In this document: piece after piece, positions 48,927 to 58,940 of the stretch | How the letters are laid out: every line of letters begins with the position of its first letter | Numbering within the stretch: position 1 is the stretch's first letter | Notes under the pieces: model-generated | The model's database searches: none | Told to the model about the DNA's origin: nothing | The model's input: only the letters and a program-made list of their open reading frames with translations | From: a bacterium | GTDB taxonomy: Bacteria; Patescibacteriota; Minisyncoccia; Minisyncoccales; JAZDGI01 | Assembly (NCBI GenBank): GCA_043807085.1 | Contig: JAZDGI010000013.1 | Coordinates: 1,607-65,606, forward strand | DNA length: 64,000 nucleotides | Direction: 5' to 3' | Translations under genes and position numbers: made by a program

Positions 48927-49910
48927 ATGGAAGCAAGTAGTTTCGTTAACAGGTACTTTAAACGGGTGGCAAGCACTGAGTCAGTCCTCTGCGTTGGTTT
49001 GGACCCCACTCCCGAGCACGTGCCGCTCGATATGCGGAACGGGAATATTATTGGCGATATTGAGAGATATCTCCGCAAGGTTATTAGCATCGCCGCTCCG
49101 TTGGTGCCTGTCGTCAAGACTCAAGTCGCTTACTACTCTGCTCTCGGTCCAGAAGGCGAGGTAATGCTTAAAAGATTGATAGCCTACGCCCACGCCCTGG
49201 GGTTGCTTGTTATTCTTGATGCCAAGCGCGCGGACATCGGCGAGACCATGGAGCAGTACGGCAATGAGGTGTTCGGCGAATACGGGGTAGACGCTTGTAC
49301 CTTTGTTCCGTATCTCGGGCCTACTTTCAACCCGTCGTGGATGAAGTGGCTGGCACAAGGCCGGATGGTTATTTCCATGATTAGGATCAGTAATCCGGAG
49401 GCCGCGATACTCCAGGACCTTGAGCTGAAAGAAAGCGGACTCAAAGTTTACGAGTACTTGGCGGAGCTTGTGGCCGCTTGGAATGCTAAAGTCGTTAAGG
49501 AAACCAGTGGCTTAGGTGGTGTTGGCGGTGTCGTCGGGGCGACTTGGCCAGAGCAGGCGCCAAGATGTCGTGAGCTCGCCGGCGACGAAGTGTTCTTTCT
49601 AACTCCTGGCTACGGCGCCCAGGGTGGCGGAGCCGATGGGGCCGTCGCTGGGCTGCCAACCATCCCTAAGAAGGTAGATACCCTGGAGGTGGTGGGTGGT
49701 AGAAAGCTAATGGGCACCGTGAACAGTTCACGGGGCATCACGCTAACAAGCTGGTGGGACCCGAAAGCGAAACAGCCGCGAGAGGGGAAAGCGCTTGACT
49801 TAGTCGAGGCTGCGATTAAGGCTGCGAATACCGACCTTAACGCCGCGCTCGCACGCAAGCTCGGTATCCCTATATTGGTATCTCCTTATAGTGTAGTGTC
49901 TTTCGCATAG
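48927..49910 (+). CDS. pyrF: Orotidine-5'-phosphate decarboxylase
   Basis: LCVGLDP, DAKRADIGET, VVGAT, TPGYGAQGG, NSSR; ATG 48927. Confidence 0.93.
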   Translation: MEASSFVNRYFKRVASTESVLCVGLDPTPEHVPLDMRNGNIIGDIERYLRKVISIAAPLVPVVKTQVAYYSALGPEGEVMLKRLIAYAHALGLLVILDAKRADIGETMEQYGNEVFGEYGVDACTFVPYLGPTFNPSWMKWLAQGRMVISMIRISNPEAAILQDLELKESGLKVYEYLAELVAAWNAKVVKETSGLGGVGGVVGATWPEQAPRCRELAGDEVFFLTPGYGAQGGGADGAVAGLPTIPKKVDTLEVVGGRKLMGTVNSSRGITLTSWWDPKAKQPREGKALDLVEAAIKAANTDLNAALARKLGIPILVSPYSVVSFA

Positions 49911-49924
49911 GTAATCACTGAATA

Positions 49925-49955
49925 GGCGGCGGGGCGCGACGCGCGACCCGCCGCC
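49925..49955 (+). other. GC-rich intergenic hairpin
   Basis: GGCGGCGGG...CCCGCCGCC. Confidence 0.6.
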
Positions 49956-49981
49956 ACCAAAAACTCAAAAGGAGGTAAAAG

Positions 49982-50746
49982 ATGGGTGTTTTGATTGAGA
50001 TTTCCGATGACCACTTGGAGACACTTCGCAGATGCGGAGGATACTATGAATGTCCTAAGGATAGTAAGGGGCGTAGGATGGGACCCTTAGTCGGTTACGC
50101 CGGGAAATATCCGGGCCCTGATGGAATGGAGAAGCAATGGGTAGGGGATGTTTATGCGAATTTCGCAAAGGCAGACGAACACCCAAACGTGCTTTACAAC
50201 TACGCAACTTGCATGAACGTGAGGTTGTTAGGGTCAGTAATCGACAACATCGATGTATTCTGCGGTACGCCGATAGGTGGTTACAATTTCTCGGTAATTC
50301 TCGGGTGGACCTATAATCGCCGCGTCGTTAAAGCGGAGAAAAAAGTGACCGCTCTTGCCACTGAAAAAACGCGTGAGCAAACCGAGCTAGTCTTCGCCCG
50401 GCATGACATTGAAAGGGGGGTACGTTATGCGATCGTGGAGGATGTATGTAATAATTTCTCCACAACCGAGACGTTGATCGCCTTAATTATGTCGCTCGGG
50501 GGAAGCGTTACCGCTATCGTATGCGAACTGAACAGGTCACTCGACTTCGAGGATTACTACTATCCATCGAAAGTCGCCGGGGGACGTCTAATTCCGGTCG
50601 CCAGTCTGGTACGGAAGCCGATTCCGGAATACAGACAAGACGACCCCGCCGTGATAGACGATATCAGAATCGGTAATGTCGTCTGGAAGCCCAAAATCGA
50701 ATGGCCTCGCTTAATGAAAGCGATGGCAGATTCTCGCAACTATTGA
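49982..50746 (+). CDS. Divergent phosphoribosyltransferase, probable orotate PRTase
   Basis: YAIVEDVCNNFST PRPP-like loop; located between pyrF and pyrD. Confidence 0.65.
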   Translation: MGVLIEISDDHLETLRRCGGYYECPKDSKGRRMGPLVGYAGKYPGPDGMEKQWVGDVYANFAKADEHPNVLYNYATCMNVRLLGSVIDNIDVFCGTPIGGYNFSVILGWTYNRRVVKAEKKVTALATEKTREQTELVFARHDIERGVRYAIVEDVCNNFSTTETLIALIMSLGGSVTAIVCELNRSLDFEDYYYPSKVAGGRLIPVASLVRKPIPEYRQDDPAVIDDIRIGNVVWKPKIEWPRLMKAMADSRNY

Positions 50747-50765
50747 GGTTCGGCCTCGATAGACG

Positions 50766-50811
50766 GCCCAAAGGGATTAAACGAATTTAATCCCCGCGGG
50801 CTTTTCTTTTT
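50766..50811 (+). terminator. Putative terminator
   Basis: GCCC..GGGATTAAA/TTTAATCCC..GGGC followed by T-run. Confidence 0.6.
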
Positions 50812-50897
50812 ATTTAAATATGCTAGTTTCGGGGAAAGGGGAGGGATGGCACCTGGATAGCTCCTTCTCAATTTTAAAAGAAAGGACAAGGTTAGAA

Positions 50898-51821
50898 ATG
50901 ATCAAATTGAGCAATGGACACGAGTTGGAATTCCTGGCCGCGTCTGGTTCTTTGGCTTTTGACGGACGAGGCTGGCCGTGGGAATGGCCGCTTCGGTGGT
51001 TGGGGCTGCTGGATCCTTATCTTTTTACCATCGTGACCAAGACCATAATGCCGGAGCCCTGGAGGGGTAACCTTCGGTGGACTCATCCCTGGGATGTGGT
51101 GAAGTTTATATCCGAAGAGGGGAAGGAAATCCATCCGATTAAAGCGTTAACGAATCCTGCCTCAATTGGCGGAGTAATAAACGCAATTGGCTTGACCGGG
51201 CCGGGCGTTGAAACGTGGATAGAAAATGATTATCCTAAAATTGAGCGATCTGGACTTAAGGTGATTGTTTCAATCACCAGAGAGAGGGGGCAGAGCTGTC
51301 GTGGTATGGTTAAGAGGCTAAGCGGTCTTAAAAACGTTGTGGGGATTGAGTATAATTCCTCTTGCCCGAATGTTGGCCCCATTCTTTTAGATAGCCCAGA
51401 GATAGTGATCAGAAATTGTTGCGAAATAAAGGGGGAGTCTGACTATCCTGTTTTGTTAAAGCTTGGTTACGCACAGCCGTACCTTGAGATTGCCATGGCA
51501 TTACAGGGTACAGTTGAGGCAATCAGCATCAATACCGTTCCTTGGAAAACAATTTTTGGCGGAAAAATTTCTCCCTTGGCGAAGTACGGCGGAGGAGGAG
51601 TTTCGGGACCTGTTGCCAAGCCGATTATCTGGAAAATGATTTCCGAGCTAGCTCGGGAGATATCCATTCCGGTTATCGGCGCTGGTATTTGGGAGTACGA
51701 AGACATTTCGCGGCTGAAGAGTTTTGGCGCTTCCGCTTTCCAAACGGGCACTTTGTTTTTGCCTTACCCTTGTCGGCCGACAAGGTATGTTAAGAGATGG
51801 CGGCAAGAGAGGGGGGGGTGA
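50898..51821 (+). CDS. pyrD: Dihydroorotate dehydrogenase, family 1-like
   Basis: AASGS, VTKT, NAIGL, NSSCPN, LLKL, INT, GGVSG. Confidence 0.85.
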   Translation: MIKLSNGHELEFLAASGSLAFDGRGWPWEWPLRWLGLLDPYLFTIVTKTIMPEPWRGNLRWTHPWDVVKFISEEGKEIHPIKALTNPASIGGVINAIGLTGPGVETWIENDYPKIERSGLKVIVSITRERGQSCRGMVKRLSGLKNVVGIEYNSSCPNVGPILLDSPEIVIRNCCEIKGESDYPVLLKLGYAQPYLEIAMALQGTVEAISINTVPWKTIFGGKISPLAKYGGGGVSGPVAKPIIWKMISELAREISIPVIGAGIWEYEDISRLKSFGASAFQTGTLFLPYPCRPTRYVKRWRQERGG

Positions 51822-51964
51822 TGACCGTTGAATCTTTTTGGTTCAGCGGCTTTTTGTTTGCCTTCGCTCGCTTTTGGCGAGCTTTTTTGTTGAATGAGAT
51901 GGGCCTAAGTTATCCCCAGCTTGGGGTTGATTTTGGTTAAAAATTAAGCTATAATTAAAGAGTT

Positions 51965-53110
51965 ATGCGGAAAAACATTGCCATAAAAGACGAAAAGGAA
52001 AACGTTTTGATTGAGGATCTGAACAAAAGAAACGATATCAAAGCGGAAAGAATAAAGAGGTTGTTAAGGCTTCCGGACCTGACAAAAAAAGAAAATTCTC
52101 CGGTTAAAATTTTGACTGACGAGATTATCAAATTGCCAAGATTTGCCGATTTTGATTTGGTTGATATTCCAAGAATAGTTACAGTAGAAAAATGTTTTGA
52201 CTTACTTAATGCGCCGAAGGATCATCCTAGCAGGAGGGAAACAGATACTTATTATCTTACAGATAAAGATATTTTAAGAACAGAAATGACCGTAATGTGG
52301 CCCTATTATTTGAGAGATAAAGAGGTTTTAGAAAGATTGGAAAAAGAAGGATATGTCGCTGCTTTGTCTCCGGGAATAGTTTTTAGAAAAGATGAAATTG
52401 ACAGAAAGCATTTTCCGGCTTTCCATCAAATAGATTTTTTGTATATTTGCCGAAAAGACCAAAGAATCATTACTTTAAAAGAATTGCAAGACGTTCAGGC
52501 CGATGGAGTTAAAATTATTTTTGGAGAAGATATAGGGTTTAGGTTTTTGGTTGATACCTTTCCTTTCACGGATCCATCCACTCAAATAGAAATTAAAGTT
52601 GGAGAGAATTGGATAGAGGTTGCAGGATCTGGTCTTGTGCATACGCAGTGTCTTAAAAATTTTGGATTAGATCCGGAAGTTTACAACGGCTGGGCCGGTA
52701 CTTTTGGAATTGATAGACTCGCTATGATAAAAATGGGGATTCCTGACATTAGAATACTTTGGTCGGATGACCCAAGGATTACCAGCCAGTTCAAAGACAT
52801 AAATAGCAAGTATAAAGAAGTAAGCAAATACCCGGAAATTTCAAGAGACATTTCTTTTGTCATTGATAAAAATATAAATTTGAATAATTATTACGAAATT
52901 GTCAGAGATTTTGCCGAGAATTTGATAGAAGAAGTGAGGCTTATAGACAGCTACGAAGATGAAAAAAAGTTTGGCAAAGACAAAAAGAGCTACACTTTCA
53001 GGATTGTTTATCGGTCTCCGGAAAGAACATTAAAGAATGATGAAGTAAATAAAATTCAGGAAGAAATAAGAAACAAAACAAAGCAAGATTTAAATGCCGT
53101 CTTACGTTAA
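51965..53110 (+). CDS. pheS: Single-chain phenylalanine--tRNA ligase (alpha catalytic + FDX-ACB domain)
   Basis: DHPSR..TDTYY, FRKDEIDRKHFPAFHQ, FPFTDPS, GIDRLAM, SKYPEISRDISF, SYTFRIVYR. Confidence 0.9.
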   Translation: MRKNIAIKDEKENVLIEDLNKRNDIKAERIKRLLRLPDLTKKENSPVKILTDEIIKLPRFADFDLVDIPRIVTVEKCFDLLNAPKDHPSRRETDTYYLTDKDILRTEMTVMWPYYLRDKEVLERLEKEGYVAALSPGIVFRKDEIDRKHFPAFHQIDFLYICRKDQRIITLKELQDVQADGVKIIFGEDIGFRFLVDTFPFTDPSTQIEIKVGENWIEVAGSGLVHTQCLKNFGLDPEVYNGWAGTFGIDRLAMIKMGIPDIRILWSDDPRITSQFKDINSKYKEVSKYPEISRDISFVIDKNINLNNYYEIVRDFAENLIEEVRLIDSYEDEKKFGKDKKSYTFRIVYRSPERTLKNDEVNKIQEEIRNKTKQDLNAVLR

Positions 53111-55041
53111 TGACCAAACCTAAAATAATCAAAGAAGGGGATTCTTATACTGCCAAAGATATTTATGTCTTGGAGGGATTGGAACCTGTTAGAAAACGGC
53201 CGGGAATGTATATTGGAACGACAGGTCTTGAGGGACTGCATCATTTGATTTGGGAGGTAGTGGACAATTCGCTGGACGAAGCAATGGCCGGATACTGCAA
53301 AAATATAGAAGTCGTTCTTTTGTCAAACGGCCAGGTTAGGGTTGCAGACGACGGCCGGGGAATTCCGACCGAAATTCATCCTCAAACCAAAAAATCAGCC
53401 CTAGAGACCGTAATGACTACCCTGCATGCCGGCGCTAAATTCGGCGGTAAATCTTATCAGATCTCGGGCGGTTTGCACGGAGTGGGCGTTTCGGTTGTGT
53501 GCGCTTTGTCCGCTTGGATGAGGGTTGAGGTTTGCCGTAACGGAGTAAAATTTTCTCAAGAGTATGGCCGGGGGAAAGTGAAGACAAAAGTCAAAAAAGA
53601 AGGTAGCTGCCGGCAAACCGGAACTATGGTTATTTTTGAACCAGACTCCCAGATATTTCCTGAAACAAAGTTTGATTTTAAAAAAGTTATCAATCACCTT
53701 CGCCAGCAGGCCTATTTAACCAAGGGAGTGAAAATTAAAATTGTGGATGAGAGAGAAAAGCCGTCAGATTCTTACGTTTTTTATTTTGAGGGAGGACTGG
53801 GTTCTTATGTTAAATATTTGACTAGGGGAGTTACTCTAAGGCATCCCACTATTTTTTATTGCCAGGGAGAGAAAGATGGAGTGCTGGTTGAATCAGCCAT
53901 TCAATATACTGAAGAGTTTGAGTGTTACGAAGAAAGTTTTGCCAACAATATCCATACGGGAGAAGGCGGCACTCATTTAACCGGCTTCCGGTCAGCTTTG
54001 ACGAGGACTTTTAACGATTACGCCAGGAAAAATGGAATATTGAAAGAAAAAGGCGACGAAAACTTGGGTGGAGAAGATATTAGGGAAGGTTTAACAGGCG
54101 TGGTATCGGTGAAAATAAGGGATCCTCAATTTGAGGGCCAGACAAAAGCTAAATTAGGAAATCCCGAGGCAAAATCCGCCGTAGAATCGGTGACAGCTGA
54201 AAATTTAACCGACTTCCTGGAAAGAAATCCTCAAGATGCAAGGGCGATTATTGAAAAGTGCATTCTTTCGCAGAAGGCCCGCAAGGCTGCCAAGACCGCC
54301 AGAGAAACCGTCTTAAGAAAGGGGATTCTGGAAGGTTTGGCATTGCCGGGCAAGCTAGCTGATTGCGCCTCAAGAGATCCTGAAGAATCCGAGCTCTTCA
54401 TAGTGGAAGGCGATTCGGCTGGCGGCAGCTGTAAGATGGGTCGCGATCGGCGGTTTCAGGCTATTCTTCCGTTGCGCGGAAAGATTCTCAATGTGGAAAG
54501 GGCGAGAATTGACAAGGTTCTGGCTTTCAAAGAGATTAAATCTTTAATTATTGCCCTGGGAACGGCCGTGGCAGAAGATTTTGACCCGGAAAAAGTAAGG
54601 TATAAAAGGATAATTTTAACCTTGGATGCGGATGTTGACGGCTCCCATATCAGGACACTGCTTTTAACTCTGTTTTATCGGTATTTTAAGCCCTTGATTG
54701 ACCGGGGTTATCTCTACATTGCCCAGCCGCCGCTTTATAAGATTCAAAGCGGCAAAGAAATAAAATATGTTTATTCGGAAGAACAAAAATTGGCTTTGCT
54801 AAAAACAATGGGAAAGGCGACTGGCATTTCAGTCCAAAGATATAAAGGATTGGGAGAGATGAATCCCGAAGAATTATGGGAAACAACGATGAATCCACAG
54901 AATCGGATTCTGCTTCAGGTTCATATTGACGTCGTCAAGGACGCTGATCGGATTTTTGACACCCTGATGGGAGACGAAGTGTCTCCCCGAAAAAAGTTCA
55001 TTGAGAGCCATGCCAAAAAAGTGAAGAATCTTGACATATAA
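53110..55041 (+). CDS. gyrB: DNA gyrase subunit B
   Basis: VRKRPGMYIG, EVVDNSLDE, GGLHGVG, VEGDSAGG, PLRGKILN, QRYKGLGEM. Confidence 0.97.
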   Translation: MTKPKIIKEGDSYTAKDIYVLEGLEPVRKRPGMYIGTTGLEGLHHLIWEVVDNSLDEAMAGYCKNIEVVLLSNGQVRVADDGRGIPTEIHPQTKKSALETVMTTLHAGAKFGGKSYQISGGLHGVGVSVVCALSAWMRVEVCRNGVKFSQEYGRGKVKTKVKKEGSCRQTGTMVIFEPDSQIFPETKFDFKKVINHLRQQAYLTKGVKIKIVDEREKPSDSYVFYFEGGLGSYVKYLTRGVTLRHPTIFYCQGEKDGVLVESAIQYTEEFECYEESFANNIHTGEGGTHLTGFRSALTRTFNDYARKNGILKEKGDENLGGEDIREGLTGVVSVKIRDPQFEGQTKAKLGNPEAKSAVESVTAENLTDFLERNPQDARAIIEKCILSQKARKAAKTARETVLRKGILEGLALPGKLADCASRDPEESELFIVEGDSAGGSCKMGRDRRFQAILPLRGKILNVERARIDKVLAFKEIKSLIIALGTAVAEDFDPEKVRYKRIILTLDADVDGSHIRTLLLTLFYRYFKPLIDRGYLYIAQPPLYKIQSGKEIKYVYSEEQKLALLKTMGKATGISVQRYKGLGEMNPEELWETTMNPQNRILLQVHIDVVKDADRIFDTLMGDEVSPRKKFIESHAKKVKNLDI

Positions 55042-55095
55042 CGCATCTTCCGCTATGCTTTAAGCAGTGGCGGAGGCGCCACCTTTTTAAATACA

Positions 55096-55284
55096 ATGCC
55101 TTCATTCAAACTTGTAAATTTTTTAAAAGAAGTTAAATTGGAATCAGCAAAGGTTAATTGGCCTACCAAAAACCAGACGATAAAATATACTTTGGCTGTC
55201 ATAGGAATATCTTTGGTTATCGCCGTGTTTTTGGGCGGCATAGATAAAATTCTCCAGTTCGTTCTGAATACGTTTATTCTGTAA
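55096..55284 (+). CDS. secE: Preprotein translocase SecE
   Basis: FLKEVKLE..KVNWPT plus TM; upstream of nusG. Confidence 0.92.
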   Translation: MPSFKLVNFLKEVKLESAKVNWPTKNQTIKYTLAVIGISLVIAVFLGGIDKILQFVLNTFIL

Positions 55285-55291
55285 ATAAACA

Positions 55292-55837
55292 ATGCCAAAA
55301 CAGCAACTGCCCCAAGAAAGAAATTGGTATGTCATCCATACTTATTCCGGATACGAAGACGCCGTGGCCAGCAATTTGAAGCAGCGGATTGAGTCTTTGG
55401 GCATGGAAGACAAAATTTTCAACGTTATTGTCCCAAAGGAAAAAAAGATTAGAATAAAAGATGGCAAGAGAAAGGTTACCGAAGAAAAGATTTATCCGGG
55501 ATATGTTTTAGTGGAAATGGTTGTGACCGATGATTCTTGGTATGTGGTCAGAAACACGCCCAATGTTACCGGTTTTGTGGGGGCCGGAACAACTCCGGTG
55601 CCGGTTTCAAAGTCAGAAATTGAAAGCCTTAAAAAGAGAATGGGGGTGGATGAGCCTCAATACAAAATTGAAGTGGAAATAGGGGATTTGGTAAAAATTA
55701 TTGACGGCCCTTTCAAGGATTTTGACGGAAAAGTGTCGGAGATTGACGCAGAGCGGGGCAAAGTTAAAATATTGGTTAATATGTTCGGTCGAGATACGCC
55801 CGTAGAACTGGATTCATTGCAAATCAAAAAAATATGA
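55292..55837 (+). CDS. nusG: Transcription factor NusG
   Basis: [28 protein letters not shown]. Confidence 0.98.
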   Translation: MPKQQLPQERNWYVIHTYSGYEDAVASNLKQRIESLGMEDKIFNVIVPKEKKIRIKDGKRKVTEEKIYPGYVLVEMVVTDDSWYVVRNTPNVTGFVGAGTTPVPVSKSEIESLKKRMGVDEPQYKIEVEIGDLVKIIDGPFKDFDGKVSEIDAERGKVKILVNMFGRDTPVELDSLQIKKI

Positions 55838-56253
55838 AGAAGATAAAAGCAATAGTTAAGCTTCAAATTTCCGCCGGACAGGCTACGCCGGCGCCGCCCG
55901 TCGGCCCGTCTTTAGCCACTCAAGGAGTGAACATTATGGATTTCTGCCAGAAGTTTAATGAATTGACCAAGAATCAGGTCGGCTTTAAAATTCCAGTAGA
56001 GATTACGGTTTACGAAGACAGGACTTATACCTTAGTTTTTAAACAACCGCCCGCTTCGGAGTTATTGAAAAAAGCGGCGGGCATTGAAAAGGGTTCTGGC
56101 CAGCCCAATAAAGTGAAAGTGGCTAAAATAACCAAAGAGCAGTTAAAGAAAATTGCCGAGCAAAAAATGGCCGATTTGAATGCCAGCAGTATTGAAGGCG
56201 CAATGAAGATTATCGCCGGCACAGCCCGCCAAATGGGCATTGAAATAGAGTAA
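55834..56253 (+). CDS. rplK: 50S ribosomal protein L11
   Basis: [18 protein letters not shown]. Confidence 0.98.
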   Translation: MKKIKAIVKLQISAGQATPAPPVGPSLATQGVNIMDFCQKFNELTKNQVGFKIPVEITVYEDRTYTLVFKQPPASELLKKAAGIEKGSGQPNKVKVAKITKEQLKKIAEQKMADLNASSIEGAMKIIAGTARQMGIEIE

Positions 56254-56258
56254 TAACT

Positions 56259-57101
56259 ATGGAGAAGAAAAGTCTCATTTTATATCTCCCTGTTTTGCAC
56301 AGGGGGTATTTAGAATTTTTAGAAAAAGAAAAGGATAAAATCTCTAATGTTTATATTATGGACGAAAATCTCCAGAAGGAGCTTTCTGAATTTAGTCCGG
56401 ATATTGCCGCTATTGATAGCGAAGGAACTATCAAAATTTTGAATGCGATTGGCATAACCAATACGGCAAGCGTTTCTTTGGATAATATTGGGAAAGTTGC
56501 TCAAAGCGGCGGCACAATTCTTATTGACGATGAAATTTCGCGAAATTTGGCTAAGAAATATTTGAAAGATAAAGACGTAGAGTGGCGAACGGTTTTTTTC
56601 CGCCACGACAAGAAAGAGGTTCTTGTTGAAAAACCGCCAGAAAACGTCGTCGTCTCAAAAGACCCATTTGATGTTGGAATGATGAACGAGGCCCGCAAAG
56701 AAGCGCAGAAAACAGGGGATTGGTGGCGACAAATCGGAGCGGTTTTGGTAAAAAATAAAGAAATTTTAATCTGCGGCTACAATAGAGACTTGCCTTCAGA
56801 CCACACGCCATATCAAGTTGGCGAAGCTAGAGACTTTTTTAAGGCCGGGGAAAGACAGGAATTAGCAAGTACTATTCATGCCGAACAAAACATTGTCGCT
56901 CAAGCTGCCAAAAAAGGGATTTCCATTGAAGGAGCATCTCTTTATGTTACCACCTTTCCTTGTCCGGTTTGCGCCAAATTAATCGCTTGCTCTGGTATAA
57001 AAAATCTTTATTTTAGCGAGGGCGGTTCCAATTTTGACGCTCAAAAAGTCCTAGTTTCTGCTGGAGTCAAAATCATTTGCGTCCCAACAAATTTTATGTA
57101 G
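56259..57101 (+). CDS. dCMP deaminase-like protein with extra N-terminal domain
   Basis: C-terminal GYN, HAEQN, FPCPVCAK; N-terminal PVLHRGY. Confidence 0.85.
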   Translation: MEKKSLILYLPVLHRGYLEFLEKEKDKISNVYIMDENLQKELSEFSPDIAAIDSEGTIKILNAIGITNTASVSLDNIGKVAQSGGTILIDDEISRNLAKKYLKDKDVEWRTVFFRHDKKEVLVEKPPENVVVSKDPFDVGMMNEARKEAQKTGDWWRQIGAVLVKNKEILICGYNRDLPSDHTPYQVGEARDFFKAGERQELASTIHAEQNIVAQAAKKGISIEGASLYVTTFPCPVCAKLIACSGIKNLYFSEGGSNFDAQKVLVSAGVKIICVPTNFM

Positions 57102-57110
57102 AATAAGGGC

Positions 57111-57932
57111 ATGAAACAATATTTGGATCTATTAAAATATGTTTTGGAGAATGGCGAGAGGAAGGGTGATCCCCAAGGAGTGGGAAATATCGCCGTTTGC
57201 GGCTATCAGATGAGGTTCAAAATGGATGACGGCTTTCCCTTATTGACAACTAAAAAAATGCCTTTAAAATCCATTATTTACGAACTTTTATGGTTTTTAA
57301 AGGGCGATACTAATGTGAAATACCTCCAAGACCACGGAGTGACTATTTGGGACGAGTGGGCTACTCCAGAGGCTTGCGCAAAATACGGTTTTCCTACTGG
57401 CGAATTAGGCCCGATTTACGGCGAAAAATGGCGGGCTTGGAAAACAAGAGACGGCAGAACGATCGATCAAATATCCAATGTGATAAAAGAGTTAAAAGAA
57501 TTTCCAGACACGAGAAGGCTGGTCGTAACAAGCTGGGATCCGGAAGACGTTGACAAAGTTTTCGTCGCTCCCTGCCATTGTTTTTTCAAGTTTTTCCACG
57601 CCCAAGGGAAATTATCCCTGCACTTATTCCAAAGAAGTTGCGATGTATTTTTGGGGGTGCCCTTTAATATCGCTTCTTATTCGTTGCTTTTAATGATGTT
57701 GGCTCAAGCGACCGGTTTGAAAGCCCACGAATTTGTCCATACGTTGTCAGATACCCATATTTATTTAAATCATATTGAGCAGGTAAAACTTCAGTTAACT
57801 CGGGAACCGAAACCTTTGCCTAAAATAATTTTAAATCCAGAAATAAAAAATATCTTCGATTTTGATTACGAAGATTTTAAACTAGAAGGTTATGATCCGT
57901 ACCCGGCAATTAAGGCTGAGATCGGCATCTAG
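57111..57932 (+). CDS. thyA: Thymidylate synthase
   Basis: [34 protein letters not shown]. Confidence 0.97.
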   Translation: MKQYLDLLKYVLENGERKGDPQGVGNIAVCGYQMRFKMDDGFPLLTTKKMPLKSIIYELLWFLKGDTNVKYLQDHGVTIWDEWATPEACAKYGFPTGELGPIYGEKWRAWKTRDGRTIDQISNVIKELKEFPDTRRLVVTSWDPEDVDKVFVAPCHCFFKFFHAQGKLSLHLFQRSCDVFLGVPFNIASYSLLLMMLAQATGLKAHEFVHTLSDTHIYLNHIEQVKLQLTREPKPLPKIILNPEIKNIFDFDYEDFKLEGYDPYPAIKAEIGI

Positions 57933-58369
57933 CCGATAGGAAAATTGACGGTTAGGGACCTGCTTGTTTTTTTATTTATTTTAGGAGAAATGATATGAAA
58001 ATGGATATGGGCCACCGAAGCTCCTGTAAAATCAGTATCGCCGAATCTCATGCAAATCGCCCCGCCTTTTATTTTAAAGTTTTTAATCGCCCAATTAGTT
58101 AAAAAAGAAACGTCCTCAAAATCATTTTTTTTCAATTCGGAAAAATTTTCATAATGTTTCTTCCCGACGATTAAAAGATGCTCGATGGTATTTTTATACG
58201 GCCAGCTGTTGTTGGTCAGAAACCAATTTCCCTTTGTTTTATAAATTGGTTTTTTATGGTATTTGAAATTTTCTGGACAAAAAGGGCATCTGCCGGTTTT
58301 GGCGATTTTTTCAATTACTTTTTTATACTCTCCCTTTCTGGCGTTTTTAGTATCGACAAATTTTTTCAT
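57929..58369 (-). CDS. HIT family hydrolase
   Basis: CPFC, WPY...HLL, HIHFH. Confidence 0.85.
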   Translation of the reverse strand: MKKFVDTKNARKGEYKKVIEKIAKTGRCPFCPENFKYHKKPIYKTKGNWFLTNNSWPYKNTIEHLLIVGKKHYENFSELKKNDFEDVSFLTNWAIKNFKIKGGAICMRFGDTDFTGASVAHIHFHIISPKINKKTSRSLTVNFPIG

Positions 58370-58917
58370 AAAGCCTGTTGCCCCTTCTTCGTCATATTAG
58401 ACAGCATTGCTTCAAGGTGTGTTTTCATCATTCTCTCGATGATTTCAGTGGTGGATGTTTTTTCGGCTTGCCTCGGGAAAATAACCACTTCGTCGGAATA
58501 TGATTTTATATTTTTGATCTGCTCTTCGGGATAGGCTTCGGGAGTGGCCACGAAAAAGTTGGGCCTTATTACTTTGATCAGTTCGTATTGCCATTTTCCT
58601 TCCTCGTCTATGTCGTCAATCAAAGTGACGTAATCCACGCATTCCTGATATTTCAACATTTCCATTCTTTCTTCTTGGGGAATGACTGGTCTCAATTTAT
58701 TCTTTTTATACAATTTTATTCCTCTGTCGCTGTCTACGCCAACAACCAACACGTCGCCATGCTCTTTTGCTCGAATCAAGTACCTTAAGTGCCCAATATG
58801 AAGCATGTCCCAGGAACCTACGGTGCAGACTATTTTGTGTCCCAGGGTTTTATGGGCGTCAATGATTTTTTTCAGCTCCTGATAATCTTGAATAATATGG
58901 TTATTTTGCACTTTCAT
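58366..58917 (-). CDS. Cytidylyl/adenylyltransferase (TagD/RfaE-like HIGH family)
   Basis: GSWDMLHIGH, VGVDSD, RPVIP..ER, STTEII. Confidence 0.88.
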   Translation of the reverse strand: MKVQNNHIIQDYQELKKIIDAHKTLGHKIVCTVGSWDMLHIGHLRYLIRAKEHGDVLVVGVDSDRGIKLYKKNKLRPVIPQEERMEMLKYQECVDYVTLIDDIDEEGKWQYELIKVIRPNFFVATPEAYPEEQIKNIKSYSDEVVIFPRQAEKTSTTEIIERMMKTHLEAMLSNMTKKGQQAL

Positions 58918-58940
58918 ATATTTTAAGATAGTATATTATT

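Noticed and set aside
45393-51920. DnaA-box-like 9-mers (45393, 51910) as an origin
   Set aside because: Isolated imperfect single boxes, no cluster and no dnaA nearby
48360-51960. tRNA-Asp-integrated island with att sites
   Set aside because: No integrase and no duplicated tRNA 3' end seen by eye
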